A stretch of DNA of 64,000 nucleotides. Source: Patescibacteria group bacterium (GTDB taxonomy: Bacteria > Patescibacteriota > Minisyncoccia > Moranbacterales > UBA2206). The position numbers and the translations under genes were made by a program. How positions within the stretch are numbered: the first letter of the stretch is position 1; each line of letters starts with the position of its first letter. This document shows, one piece after another, positions 48,081 to 58,838 of this stretch. The stretch lies in the NCBI GenBank assembly GCA_022709735.1, contig JAKLIG010000003.1, positions 6,384-70,383 on the forward strand, given 5' to 3'. Below the pieces are notes generated by a model that searched no databases, was not told the DNA's origin, and saw nothing but the letters and a program-made list of their open reading frames with translations.

Positions 48081-48143
48081 GCTTCCTTTAGAGTCGAGCC
48101 AGTTGCCTAGCATTACGAAGCGTTTCGACTTTAGTTAATTAGC
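48081..48143 (-). promoter_or_regulatory. Repeat element R2 upstream of ORF 47851..48048
   Basis: Paralog of R1. Confidence 0.45.
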
Positions 48144-49136
48144 TCATACGCCTCCACCATCCTTTCTAGTGTCAGCACTTATATCAAAATCGTTCATAAT
48201 TTCTTTATGCACTCTTTCCACTTCACTAAACGAGGTGTTGCCTAGATAATATCTTTCGGTCACAGATGGCGTGGCGTGTCCGAGAAACCGCTGAACGACT
48301 GAGAGACTGGCGTTTTGATGAAACAAGAGGCTTGCACTGGAGCGTCTCAGTAAATGAGGGTGGATACTGATAGCAAACCCAGCTCGTTTTCCGTGATTAC
48401 GCAATGCCCTCTCGCAGTCGTTAGCACTCCAACGTTTGGGTTTGTCGGTGCCGATGGTCGCAAACAACGGCTCATTTATATTTATTTCAATTTTGTCCAT
48501 ATGATTAAAATTATTTCTTATTAGCGTATTCAATCCGCATTGCCAGATACTTTTTGATATAAGCTATTGCCAGTTCGTTGAATATCAATGTGTGCATCTT
48601 TCCACCTTTCGCAACTACACGAGCTGTGCCTGATTCTAAATTCACATCTGAAATGTTGAGTTTGAGTAGTTCCGATACTCGGCAACCACTGGAAATTAGA
48701 CAGATGACCGCAGTTTTCAGTCTAAGTCTGGAAAGCGTGTTTTCTCTCATAGAATTGATTAGCTTTTGCAATCCATCCTTATCCAGCGTGGTGACTTGCT
48801 TGGCTGGGATTTTGAATTTCTTTATTAAGTTGTGGTCGAAAACTTTCATTCCTCCTCCGCCAGATACTTCAGAAGATTCTTCAGAACAACGAGATGATGA
48901 TTCTTCCGTGAAGCACTAAGCTGTTTATTGTTTAATTGCTGTTTCAAATTGGTTATTGTGTGTCCATCTATTTTTCTAACATCTATGTCTTCTAGAAGGA
49001 TGACCAGTCTCTGGGAAACCTCCTTGTATTTATTGACGGAGTTTTTGGATAATAATCCGTCAGCTTCCACCCAAACGAAATACCGCTTGAAACACTCGGA
49101 TAATTTTAATTTGTTAGAAAATAGAAAATTCATTTT
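48144..49136 (-). pseudogene. Disrupted tyrosine recombinase (integrase split over three overlapping ORFs)
   Basis: ORFs 48846..49274 (N-terminal core-binding domain), 48511..48849 (start of catalytic domain) and 48144..48533 (HxxR...LGH...Y C-terminus) are in different frames with 4-nt and 23-nt overlaps. Confidence 0.6.
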
Positions 49137-49311
49137 ATTACTTTTGCATCTTACTTTCTTCACCGTAGCAAATTTTAATCCTGTAAATGGGTGCTGATGT
49201 TTTTGAAATTTCCATCGTTTGCAAATATCCGTTTCTTCATCGTCTCTATTTTTAGGGTAACAAAAAACACCCACATAAATGGGTGCCGATGTTTTGTAAA
49301 TTTTGAGGTAT

Positions 49312-50490
49312 TTAGAAGACTATTCTGCGATTCAGAGAATCTCGGATATTAGCTTTGAATTCACCTAACTCGCCTTTTATCTTATCGACATAGAAATCGC
49401 CAAGGTCGTTATCTTCGTCATACATAGAAGTCGATATTTCGCCATAAGTCATTCCCTTTTTCTGGAGTTCCCAAATGCGATAATTTCTCTCGAATTTTTC
49501 CGTCAGATGAAGTTTTTGAATTTTACGAATCCTGTCTTCTCTGGAAGTAAGTGATTTTTGAATCCTCGGTTTTTCTCTTTTATAAAGACTAATAATATCG
49601 CTTGGTTTGGTAAAATAGTTCGTGGTAAATGTAACTTTAACAAAATCGTCCTGTGCAATAACTTCCAATCCTTGCCTCTTCATTATTTTATCCTTATTTC
49701 CTCTTACATTAAGTTTCTTCATTTCTAGCTTAAGATATTCCAAATTATAGTCTTTCGGATTCTTTTCTGAATAAAATTCTCTTTCGTAAAAATCCCTGAG
49801 CATCTCACCCAACCCTGTTAACTTAGTGAATGGAAAAATAGTTAGTGTCCATTGGCTGGTAAAAAAACTCGTCTGCGAATCCTCTATTCCATTGACTTCA
49901 ATATCGAATCCTCTGACGAACCTACTACTGGCATTTCCTTTTACCCTGCAGTGTAGTGCATCTTCATAAACAGAAGGATAGACAACGCTGGAGAATTTAT
50001 CCCAATTCAGTTTATAAGAAATTAACTTTTCAATTATTGGAGCAAGATTGATTACGTCTTTTTCGTAACATAACTTGTGCCTATAAATTAACTTCTCCGC
50101 TTCTCGGTAGATTGCTTTCGTATCTTTTCCTGATAACCAACTGCTATATTCCTTGTCTGAATTAAAACCGCTAAACGGAATCGCCATCCGTCCTCTAACT
50201 TTTCTCACTTCATCATAAAATTCATCATTAAGAACCAAATAAACCAATGACTGGAGTATATTTTTAGCCCTAGTGACTATTTCTGTATCACTGAACTTTT
50301 TCCTCCTATACTCGAAAATACCATTCATTTCAATTGCATTTTCAACAAATACTTTTCTGTCTGACTCTAAAAATTCCCTGCTGGATTTTCCTGCTCTCTT
50401 TTTATCCTTGTCAATTTCGGACAGCACTTCGACATCAGCATCAATAACTGCCTTAGTGCCTCTTCCTTGATAAAATTTATGTCGTGACAT
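49312..50490 (-). CDS. Hypothetical phage-region protein (possible replication/DNA-binding function)
   Basis: 392 aa. C-terminal HTH-like segment (RIWELQKKGMTYGEISTSM). Confidence 0.4.
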   Translation of the reverse strand: MSRHKFYQGRGTKAVIDADVEVLSEIDKDKKRAGKSSREFLESDRKVFVENAIEMNGIFEYRRKKFSDTEIVTRAKNILQSLVYLVLNDEFYDEVRKVRGRMAIPFSGFNSDKEYSSWLSGKDTKAIYREAEKLIYRHKLCYEKDVINLAPIIEKLISYKLNWDKFSSVVYPSVYEDALHCRVKGNASSRFVRGFDIEVNGIEDSQTSFFTSQWTLTIFPFTKLTGLGEMLRDFYEREFYSEKNPKDYNLEYLKLEMKKLNVRGNKDKIMKRQGLEVIAQDDFVKVTFTTNYFTKPSDIISLYKREKPRIQKSLTSREDRIRKIQKLHLTEKFERNYRIWELQKKGMTYGEISTSMYDEDNDLGDFYVDKIKGELGEFKANIRDSLNRRIVF

Positions 50491-50532
50491 TTTATATGAT
50501 ATTTTATGCTATGCCAAAATTTTACCACAAAA

Positions 50533-51432
50533 TCAGTAGTGAAGGTATTGCTCGTGAGCCTGTTTTGCCTTCTCCGTATCCTGAAGACCGACATAATATC
50601 GAATTGTTGTATCAAGGCGTTCGTGACCGAGCAGGGTCTTAATCTCGGTGAAGGGGCAGTTATTGAACGCTAGGTGCGAAGCAAAGCAGTGGCGGAGACT
50701 GTGTGGCGTAATGTGCTTATTCAGCTTCGCTTTATTTCTAGCGTTCTTAAAATATCTCGTTAAATCCTGATTCTTAAGCCGTCTCACAGTTTTGTATTTT
50801 ACAAAATAGGAAGTAACAAAAATTGCTTCGTGTGTATCCTTTCTGCGATTCATATATTGCTCAATCCAAGATATGGCATCATCAGTAAAAAACACGACTC
50901 GTTCTTTATTCCCCTTTCCGATAATTCTTGCTTCTCTATTTGTGTAATCGATAGAATTTCGATTCAAGCTAAGTGCTTCGCTAATACGCATTCCACTTCC
51001 GAGTAAAACTTCGACTAATGTCCTAAACCTTAATCCTGAAAGTGTTTTTGTATTTATGGATTCTCTGAAGCGTTTAATCTCATCGGAATTTAAGTAGACC
51101 ACTTCACGCCTTGGACGCTTGGGAATCGTGATTATGTCTGGATTGATTTGAAGCTGGGCGGAGTAGTGTTCACGATAGTATTTCAGAAGTCCTTTGATAC
51201 AAGCGAGACAGACTCCAATGAAAACTTCTGAATTTTCTCGTTGGTGTAGAATCTGTTTCAGTTTGAAAATATGTTCCATCGTGAATTTCTCCAATTCTAT
51301 GTCGCCAACATCCCTGACAAAGCATTTTAGTCTAGACCGATAACTAACGATTGAACTCTGAGCAAAGCGTTTTTCAACTTGTAGCCAAGTTAGAAATTCC
51401 TCACCTGTGTTTTTTATTGTTCGTGCTTCCAT
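50533..51432 (-). CDS. Tyrosine recombinase/phage integrase
   Basis: 299 aa. GMRISEAL (catalytic R), HSLRHCFAS, LLGHERLDTTIRYY. Confidence 0.85.
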   Translation of the reverse strand: MEARTIKNTGEEFLTWLQVEKRFAQSSIVSYRSRLKCFVRDVGDIELEKFTMEHIFKLKQILHQRENSEVFIGVCLACIKGLLKYYREHYSAQLQINPDIITIPKRPRREVVYLNSDEIKRFRESINTKTLSGLRFRTLVEVLLGSGMRISEALSLNRNSIDYTNREARIIGKGNKERVVFFTDDAISWIEQYMNRRKDTHEAIFVTSYFVKYKTVRRLKNQDLTRYFKNARNKAKLNKHITPHSLRHCFASHLAFNNCPFTEIKTLLGHERLDTTIRYYVGLQDTEKAKQAHEQYLHY

Positions 51433-51598
51433 ATTTTATTTTATATTTATCGTAGTTGAGCATAATGTCGAAGCAGTCTTTATTGCTGAGCATCTCGCCA
51501 TATTTGATTGCAATCAGGCGAACTGCGTTGATGTCATACATATTGGTGAGTCCGCTTTTCCTTACTTTTTCAAAGGTTATAAATTTAGCTTTTGTCAT
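51401..51598 (-). CDS. Small hypothetical protein upstream of the integrase
   Basis: 65 aa, overlaps the integrase start. Confidence 0.3.
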   Translation of the reverse strand: MTKAKFITFEKVRKSGLTNMYDINAVRLIAIKYGEMLSNKDCFDIMLNYDKYKIKYGSTNNKKHR

Positions 51599-51691
51599 AT
51601 ATTTTTATTAAGGCAATGACACATTAGCTTCGTGGCACACGAAGTCAAGGCGAGTTATCCACTCCAGCGGAGAACGGAGGCAATAGCAAAA

Positions 51692-51711
51692 AACCGCCAG
51701 ATTGTGGCGGT
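51692..51711 (-). terminator. Intrinsic terminator of the MFS gene
   Basis: Minus strand: accgccacaatctggcggt followed by tttttt. Confidence 0.6.
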
Positions 51712-51727
51712 AAAGCGGAGCAAACCG

Positions 51728-52861
51728 CTAGTTTTCTTGGAATTTAAGTTTCCGTATTTTGATTAACGGATACAGCCCAATTAAAAGAAAAATTGCCACC
51801 GAAGTAGCCATTAAAAGCATCATTGAAAATTTATCCAGTATTATTCCGCCAGTAAACATAAAGGCTGTTGCTCCTGCACGAATAAGCAGACTATTTAGAG
51901 AAAGAACACTAGAACGCACTGATTTTGTAATAACTGCATTCATATCAACCATAAGTTTTGTTTCAAAATATCCACGCATCAAATGAGCAACAAACATTCC
52001 AGCAAGGGCAATTATTGGCAAGCTGGTTATTCCAACGGACAAAACAGCAACTAACAAAATAAGCGTTGCGATAACAACATTCAATTTTGAAAATTTCTCG
52101 TAAAACTTTATTCCAACCGCTATGAGCAGTGTAGCGATGCCTGCCAATACGCCCCAAGAAGCAACGTTAAGTCCCAGACTTAAAAACAACGGATTATACA
52201 ACCACTTAAAACTGAAGAAAAAGGCACCTATCAGAGCAGAAACAATCATTATGTTCAAAAGCTGTTTATTGGTTACCGCATATTTCAAACCTTCAATGCC
52301 GACACCAATCAGATTATTATTTTCAGTTTTTCCTCGCACTCTGATTTTGGTCGTGATAACCATAACTGACGCACCAATAAGGAAAACAGCTGTAAGATAT
52401 AACGGAATTCTCAAATCAATTGCAGAGACAAAACCACCAATTGAAACAGCTAAAAATGTCACGATTATCCCATACGCCTTAACTTGCGAATAATCCTTTT
52501 TGAAATTATTGGACACTGTATGCAGAAGAGCATTGTCGCTTCCTGATACAAGAGACCCACCTAATGCCAACAAAAACAGCGTTAGTCCATAAAACCAAAT
52601 AGTGCCTGAAAGTGAAAGCAATATATATGACAAGGCAAGAATTATGTATCCCCAGAACACGGATATTCTGTGAGAATAATAATCCCCAATAACACCAGTC
52701 GGATATTCCAAAAGAACGCTCATCACATAATAAAAACCTATAAGCTGAAAAACGAGAGCCGTAGAAATATCCCTGCTGGTTAAATATAAAACCATCGTTG
52801 CCACCCAAAAGCGTGCAGAGAAAAGTATTTTTGCTATTTTTACTTTTGTCAGGTCAGTCAT
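51728..52861 (-). CDS. MFS-type transporter
   Basis: About 12 predicted TM helices. Start moved to the internal Met so the upstream terminator/motif region is intergenic. Confidence 0.6.
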   Translation of the reverse strand: MTDLTKVKIAKILFSARFWVATMVLYLTSRDISTALVFQLIGFYYVMSVLLEYPTGVIGDYYSHRISVFWGYIILALSYILLSLSGTIWFYGLTLFLLALGGSLVSGSDNALLHTVSNNFKKDYSQVKAYGIIVTFLAVSIGGFVSAIDLRIPLYLTAVFLIGASVMVITTKIRVRGKTENNNLIGVGIEGLKYAVTNKQLLNIMIVSALIGAFFFSFKWLYNPLFLSLGLNVASWGVLAGIATLLIAVGIKFYEKFSKLNVVIATLILLVAVLSVGITSLPIIALAGMFVAHLMRGYFETKLMVDMNAVITKSVRSSVLSLNSLLIRAGATAFMFTGGIILDKFSMMLLMATSVAIFLLIGLYPLIKIRKLKFQEN

Positions 52862-52885
52862 AAATATATGATACCACAAAAGCAC

Positions 52886-52908
52886 AGCGGAGCGGAGCTG
52901 TGGACTCA
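52886..52908 (-). promoter_or_regulatory. Intergenic GCGGAGCGG-family motif instance (one of seven between 51660 and 55345)
   Basis: agcggagcggagctgtggactca. On the coding strand it lies just upstream of tggtatcat (extended -10-like) and the MFS start. Confidence 0.45.
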
Positions 52909-52911
52909 TAC

Positions 52912-52931
52912 AAAAAACAGGGTTTTCCCTG
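52912..52931 (-). terminator. Intrinsic terminator of the SHOCT gene
   Basis: Minus strand: acagggaaaaccctgt followed by tttttg. Confidence 0.55.
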
Positions 52932-52949
52932 TTTCCGTAAAATTCTTCA

Positions 52950-53210
52950 TTATTGCAAGTCTTTCTTCTTCGTCTCAAATTCTTCCTTGTTTATTTCCCC
53001 TTTGGCATAACGTTCTTTGAGAATATCCAAAGGCGTTTTTTCTCCGTGCTCTTTATGATTACCGTGTCCGCAACAACCGTGTCCCATTCCGCCACGAATT
53101 AAAACGATGATTCCCCAAATAACCAACCCCCAAAATACCAGCATAAAAATGAAGCCAAAGCCTCCACCCCAGCCATACCCCATCATATTACCCCACGAAT
53201 TCCACATCAT
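52950..53210 (-). CDS. SHOCT-domain small membrane protein with His/Cys-rich segment
   Basis: 86 aa. Gly/Trp-rich TM, GHGCCGHGNHKEHGE, C-terminal SHOCT-like LKERYAKGEINKEEFETKK. Confidence 0.5.
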   Translation of the reverse strand: MMWNSWGNMMGYGWGGGFGFIFMLVFWGLVIWGIIVLIRGGMGHGCCGHGNHKEHGEKTPLDILKERYAKGEINKEEFETKKKDLQ

Positions 53211-53261
53211 ATATTTGTTTGTTTACGATACTAGATATTACGTTTAACTGAGCCTTTTATT

Positions 53262-53684
53262 TCAAGCGGAGCGGTGGACTAAAAATTTGGAAAAATAATA
53301 TCCACCCACAAAGGCAAGAGTGTGAACAGTCCCAAAAGCCAGACCAGTTCCAAAAAGTTCCATTCCCAGAAAAGTTAGACCGCTCAAGGAAATTCCAGCA
53401 GGATAAAAATCAAACATCAAAGGGAGAATGTTGTAATATATGCCGAATATCGATGCAACAACAATTCCTCCAATAATTACTTTTGTAAATTCTTTCTTGC
53501 TTACATCGATAAAAGAGATAAAAAGTATTGAAAAGACAAGATATAGAACGAATTTCACTATGAAATATGGCAAGGTTTCCATAGGATTGGAAAACAATAA
53601 GTGCGAAAAATAGTCGATGCCATAAACACCAACAATGGATATTATTATTGCCCTAAATACTATTTGAAAATAATTTCTTTTCAT
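53262..53684 (-). CDS. Integral membrane protein (hypothetical)
   Basis: 140 aa, 4 TM helices. Stop codon overlaps a GCGGAGCGG motif. Confidence 0.45.
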   Translation of the reverse strand: MKRNYFQIVFRAIIISIVGVYGIDYFSHLLFSNPMETLPYFIVKFVLYLVFSILFISFIDVSKKEFTKVIIGGIVVASIFGIYYNILPLMFDFYPAGISLSGLTFLGMELFGTGLAFGTVHTLAFVGGYYFSKFLVHRSA

Positions 53685-53845
53685 TGTTTTTTTTGTTAAT
53701 GATTTACTGCCTTCATTATACCACTTTTACACCAACATAAAAGCGGAGCGGAGTAGTAGTAAGCACGAAAATTGCCCCCCTTCGCTTGTTCCATATGACT
53801 TTTAATGTTAGCTTATAGTTAGCTTAAAAATTAATTCTTTATTCT

Positions 53846-54568
53846 ATGCTAGAATTTATTATCTCTGGTTTTTTATTCACTTATGTTGGCGGATTATTTA
53901 TCCCAATTCTTTTGCGTTTTTTAATCGTAAGAAGACCAATAGGGAAATTTTTAGCAATTCTCACTGTCGGAATTGTTTTCATTGTGCAGTATTTAACGGT
54001 TGTAGCATTAAACCCTGTAAGAAAAACACACATTCCCCTTTTTATAGTGGCATATATCGGATATCTGATATTGCGTAAAAGTTCAAGTAAAGAAACAAAT
54101 AAAAACTTAGACAAAAATGATAACGCACACGCAGTAAGAGCACCGAAGCATAATCATTCTATAAAAGATATTCTGCTCAATAAGAAAGCCTCTGATTTTT
54201 GGCTATATCTCATCGGAGCAATACTGCTTGCTCTTTCAACAACTGCAAGAGGGACATCATCCAGAACACTTGAGGATATACTGAGCGAACAAACCTCTTT
54301 GATACCAACACTTATGAATAATGATTTTCTTAGGCTTTCTTTAATCTATGTTTTTTGTGTTTCGCTATATTTTGCCTTTATGAAATACAAGGAATCGAAA
54401 ATGAACATTGTTTTTGTTTTTATTATCATTGGAATAACATTCAATCCATTCTTTGATTTTCACTTCGGCAACGGCTTTGGAGACATACTCAAATTGGCTA
54501 CCGCAGTATTGTTCGGATACTTTTGCTATCAGGAATACAAAAAGCTGAATACCAGTATTGTAAACTGA
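53846..54568 (+). CDS. Integral membrane protein (hypothetical). Only convincing plus-strand gene in the window
   Basis: 240 aa, multiple TM helices. Divergent from 53262..53684. Confidence 0.5.
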   Translation: MLEFIISGFLFTYVGGLFIPILLRFLIVRRPIGKFLAILTVGIVFIVQYLTVVALNPVRKTHIPLFIVAYIGYLILRKSSSKETNKNLDKNDNAHAVRAPKHNHSIKDILLNKKASDFWLYLIGAILLALSTTARGTSSRTLEDILSEQTSLIPTLMNNDFLRLSLIYVFCVSLYFAFMKYKESKMNIVFVFIIIGITFNPFFDFHFGNGFGDILKLATAVLFGYFCYQEYKKLNTSIVN

Positions 54569-54604
54569 CATTCTTCTTTGAACTAAACAGCCTATTGCCA
54601 AAAC

Positions 54605-54629
54605 GAAAACCGCCAGTCTATGACGGTTT
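54605..54629. terminator. Bidirectional terminator between convergent genes
   Basis: aaaaccg-ccagtctatga-cggtttt. 7-bp stem with A/T runs on both sides. Confidence 0.5.
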
Positions 54630-54660
54630 TTATAGTCTCAACGCAGAGCGGAGCGGTGGA

Positions 54661-55260
54661 CTAACTTCTACTTGCCAAGATTAACTCCTTGAGCCTGCTA
54701 TCCATATCCTCGCTGATTTGCAGATGTTTGGGAAAAACGCTGTCACTTTCAACATCATTACTTCCAAAGGGTAAAATAAAGACGTTGCCACTTTCAGGGT
54801 CATTTCCAAAAACTACTTTTATACCTTCTTTTTCAAACCTTTTAATCAAATCATCTATGGGAGTGCAAAGACCTTCCAATTCTACATCATTGGCTTTCAA
54901 TTTTGGATAACTTTCAGGGTTAATTCCAGAAAAAGGAATACTCTCCTGCACCTCACTAAGTTCTTTCGTTAAAGCGATAATCCTTTTCTTTCTATCTTCT
55001 CTAGTCTCCGCTTCTGATTTTTCTGCTTCAATTTTTCTCAACTTGTCAGGACTGATTCTGTAGGAAGGACTGCGTGTTCCAGCTTCATCCAAGTTCATTA
55101 CCACATAAAGACCATCCACTTTTTGATAGTTCAAAACCACCACCTTTTGCCCCTCGGTTGTCATCATCACGCTCTTATTTTCATATTCGGCTTCCTTGCC
55201 TGCGTGTTCAGTCGGATTGCTCGTGTCACCAGTTGGCATTTCAAATTCAAATTTTGGCAT
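54661..55260 (-). CDS. Hypothetical acidic protein
   Basis: 199 aa ORF. Stop overlaps a motif instance. Motif plus tgtgataaaat upstream. Confidence 0.4.
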   Translation of the reverse strand: MPKFEFEMPTGDTSNPTEHAGKEAEYENKSVMMTTEGQKVVVLNYQKVDGLYVVMNLDEAGTRSPSYRISPDKLRKIEAEKSEAETREDRKKRIIALTKELSEVQESIPFSGINPESYPKLKANDVELEGLCTPIDDLIKRFEKEGIKVVFGNDPESGNVFILPFGSNDVESDSVFPKHLQISEDMDSRLKELILASRS

Positions 55261-55425
55261 AATTTTGTATTCTATGAATAATTAGCTCTGGTTTTATTTT
55301 ATCACAAACACTTAAGATACAAAAGCAGAGCGGAGTAGTGGCAAATTTAGACAAAATAAAAGAGGGGTTCAGCTACAGATTGCTCCGTAACCAAATCCCT
55401 CTCGTTTGTTCATCGTTGTGAATCC

Positions 55426-55764
55426 CTACCCTCCGAGGTCGATGTGCTCGAAAATCCTGAAGGGCAATGACAGCTTCATCTTCTTGAAGATGCTGTTCAC
55501 TTTCCGCAGAGTCTTTTCAGCCTCCTTCGCAACGGATGGATGATAAAGGTTAGAATCGTTCAGTTCAGGAGTCCACGACATTTCCTGAACGACAACCCCT
55601 ATCCCCACTGTTCTTCCGTGCATTGCGATGGTTTTGAAAATTAGACCGTCCTTTTCCACGCCCTCGAAATTTTCCTCGATAGCTTTGATAAATGGATGTT
55701 GGATGTAGCCAATGTTTTCGCTTGGCACTCCCACCCATAGCACGTATTCAGCGTGCGTTCCCAT
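55426..55764 (-). CDS. Hypothetical protein
   Basis: 112 aa ORF. Confidence 0.35.
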   Translation of the reverse strand: MGTHAEYVLWVGVPSENIGYIQHPFIKAIEENFEGVEKDGLIFKTIAMHGRTVGIGVVVQEMSWTPELNDSNLYHPSVAKEAEKTLRKVNSIFKKMKLSLPFRIFEHIDLGG

Positions 55765-55774
55765 TTGCTTCCTC

Positions 55775-56773
55775 CTATTCGTATTCTCGTTTGATGAATC
55801 TCAAAGCCAGTTGCTTCTTCGCCTCGATGTCCCCTTTCGTATATTCCACTTTGTGATGCAGGATGTCCCAGCCTAGTATGCCGATATTTCTAAAAGCAAA
55901 GACCAATTTCACTTCGGCTTCGTCAAACTCAGAAAGATATTGCTTCATCCATTTCTGAATAGAAGCGAACATCTGCTCCTCGTTCTCCGCCTTGAGAAAC
56001 ATAAAATCCAGTGCCCTCAGAAAATCGTGATAGCCTCTTCCAGCTCTCGGCACAGCATTGAGGTCGATAAGATAAATATCTTCACCAGAAACGAGTATGT
56101 GGTCACCGATGATATTGCCGTGAACCCAGCCGAAGAAGTTTTTGCCCTTCCTATTGATGACCTCCTCAAATTCTTGCTTAAGTTGTTGCACCAACGAAAA
56201 GTCAATCAACCCAGCGTCCACAATCGGCTTGCTCCACATATTGAGTCTGGAGAAAAGCCATTCTTGACCATCAGCTAGAAGATTTCCAAGAGATTGCGTT
56301 TTCTGAACTTCTTGGATAACCAACTGATAACTATCCGCAACTTTCTTACTAACCTCCACGCACCAGTCTGGCTTTTTGTCGTAGAGGTCGTTGAGGAATT
56401 GCCCCTCAACTTCTTCCAATAGAATCCAGCTCTCGCCTTGCTTGATGATAGCTGGAACTTTGAAGTAAAGCTGTGCTTCCATCTGTTTGGCGGTCTTGAG
56501 CAGTTGAGTCTGGAAAGGGTCAATCCTACCAGTCTTGAGAATCAGGCGATTGCCTTGTGCGTCTTTCACTCTGGCAACAGTCTTCTTCTGACGGAAAAAC
56601 TCGGTCTCCATCAATTGAAGATTGTTCTCCCTGATGATAGTTTCCATATCCACCATTGGCTCTTTTTCATCCTCCTGTTTTTGTGTGGCTTGGTTGGTCA
56701 TAATCCTGTTGAGCAAATTATAAAGCAATCTGCTATAAAACGATGCCTTAATTATAGCACAGCGAATACCCAT
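55775..56773 (-). CDS. Protein-kinase-like (aminoglycoside/choline kinase family) phosphotransferase
   Basis: 332 aa. VHGNIIGDHILV (catalytic-loop-like) and IDLN (DFG-equivalent). Confidence 0.5.
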   Translation of the reverse strand: MGIRCAIIKASFYSRLLYNLLNRIMTNQATQKQEDEKEPMVDMETIIRENNLQLMETEFFRQKKTVARVKDAQGNRLILKTGRIDPFQTQLLKTAKQMEAQLYFKVPAIIKQGESWILLEEVEGQFLNDLYDKKPDWCVEVSKKVADSYQLVIQEVQKTQSLGNLLADGQEWLFSRLNMWSKPIVDAGLIDFSLVQQLKQEFEEVINRKGKNFFGWVHGNIIGDHILVSGEDIYLIDLNAVPRAGRGYHDFLRALDFMFLKAENEEQMFASIQKWMKQYLSEFDEAEVKLVFAFRNIGILGWDILHHKVEYTKGDIEAKKQLALRFIKREYE

Positions 56774-56965
56774 CTCAGAACCTCCTGCGGTTAAGGTTTA
56801 TATCTGAATAGTGATTATCTATTCTGTTTTCAAACAACTATGACTTTAATTTGTAGCACGAATATAATCTATAATCAAGCGTTTTCTGGGTAGGGAACGG
56901 AGGATATAAAATTGCTGAAAAACCCTCCCTAGAATTGAATCATTTCCTAGCAAGCCAACGCAAAA

Positions 56966-57297
56966 AACACCATTTAAGGTGTTTTCGCAGAAATGCGTTC
57001 AGCAAAAAGTAAATAAGTATCACAACCTATTGCGATTCCCCAATCCCTTGCGAGATTAGGGCTGTTAGCCCTCGCTAACAGAGTCCTTTTAGAGTCTATT
57101 CTGAGTGATTCATTGCTGAATCAATGCATATGCTTGTCTCAAACATACGACTACAGATTATTTGGCTCTGATACGCCATTGCTGTTCTCTAATAAATTAG
57201 AGTCGACCAGCGGATAACTACCAATGCTCTCCATCATAGTTGATGACAACTATAACTTCTACTAGAGTGCATTTCTCGATAGCTATCGATTCTCCCT
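56966..57297 (-). other. 16S rRNA 3' trailer (processing-stem partner of the 5' leader) ending in a terminator
   Basis: Trailer segments (gaatagactc; aatcgcaataggttgtgata) are complementary to leader segments at about 58960-59050 (gagtctattc; tatcacaattttttgcgatt). Terminator aacaccttaaatggtgtt followed by tttttg at 56966-56983. Confidence 0.6.

Positions 57298-58838
<1,541 letters not shown>

Noticed and set aside
49178-49309. Direct repeat aaatgggtgcYgatgtttt near the disrupted integrase as att/arm sites
   Set aside because: One copy (49270-49309) forms the terminator hairpin (cacccatttatgtgggtg plus T-run) of gene 49312..50490 and the other is a degenerate copy in an untranslated region. 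Explained without invoking att.
56950-57120. tRNA gene in the 16S trailer (gggattggggaatcgcaatagg)
   Set aside because: No cloverleaf. No GTTCRANYC T-loop or CCA-adjacent acceptor pairing. The segment is instead complementary to the 16S leader.
55775-57297. 23S rRNA expected downstream of 16S
   Set aside because: The space is occupied by a protein-coding gene (kinase-like) and the trailer ends in a terminator. 16S is unlinked.
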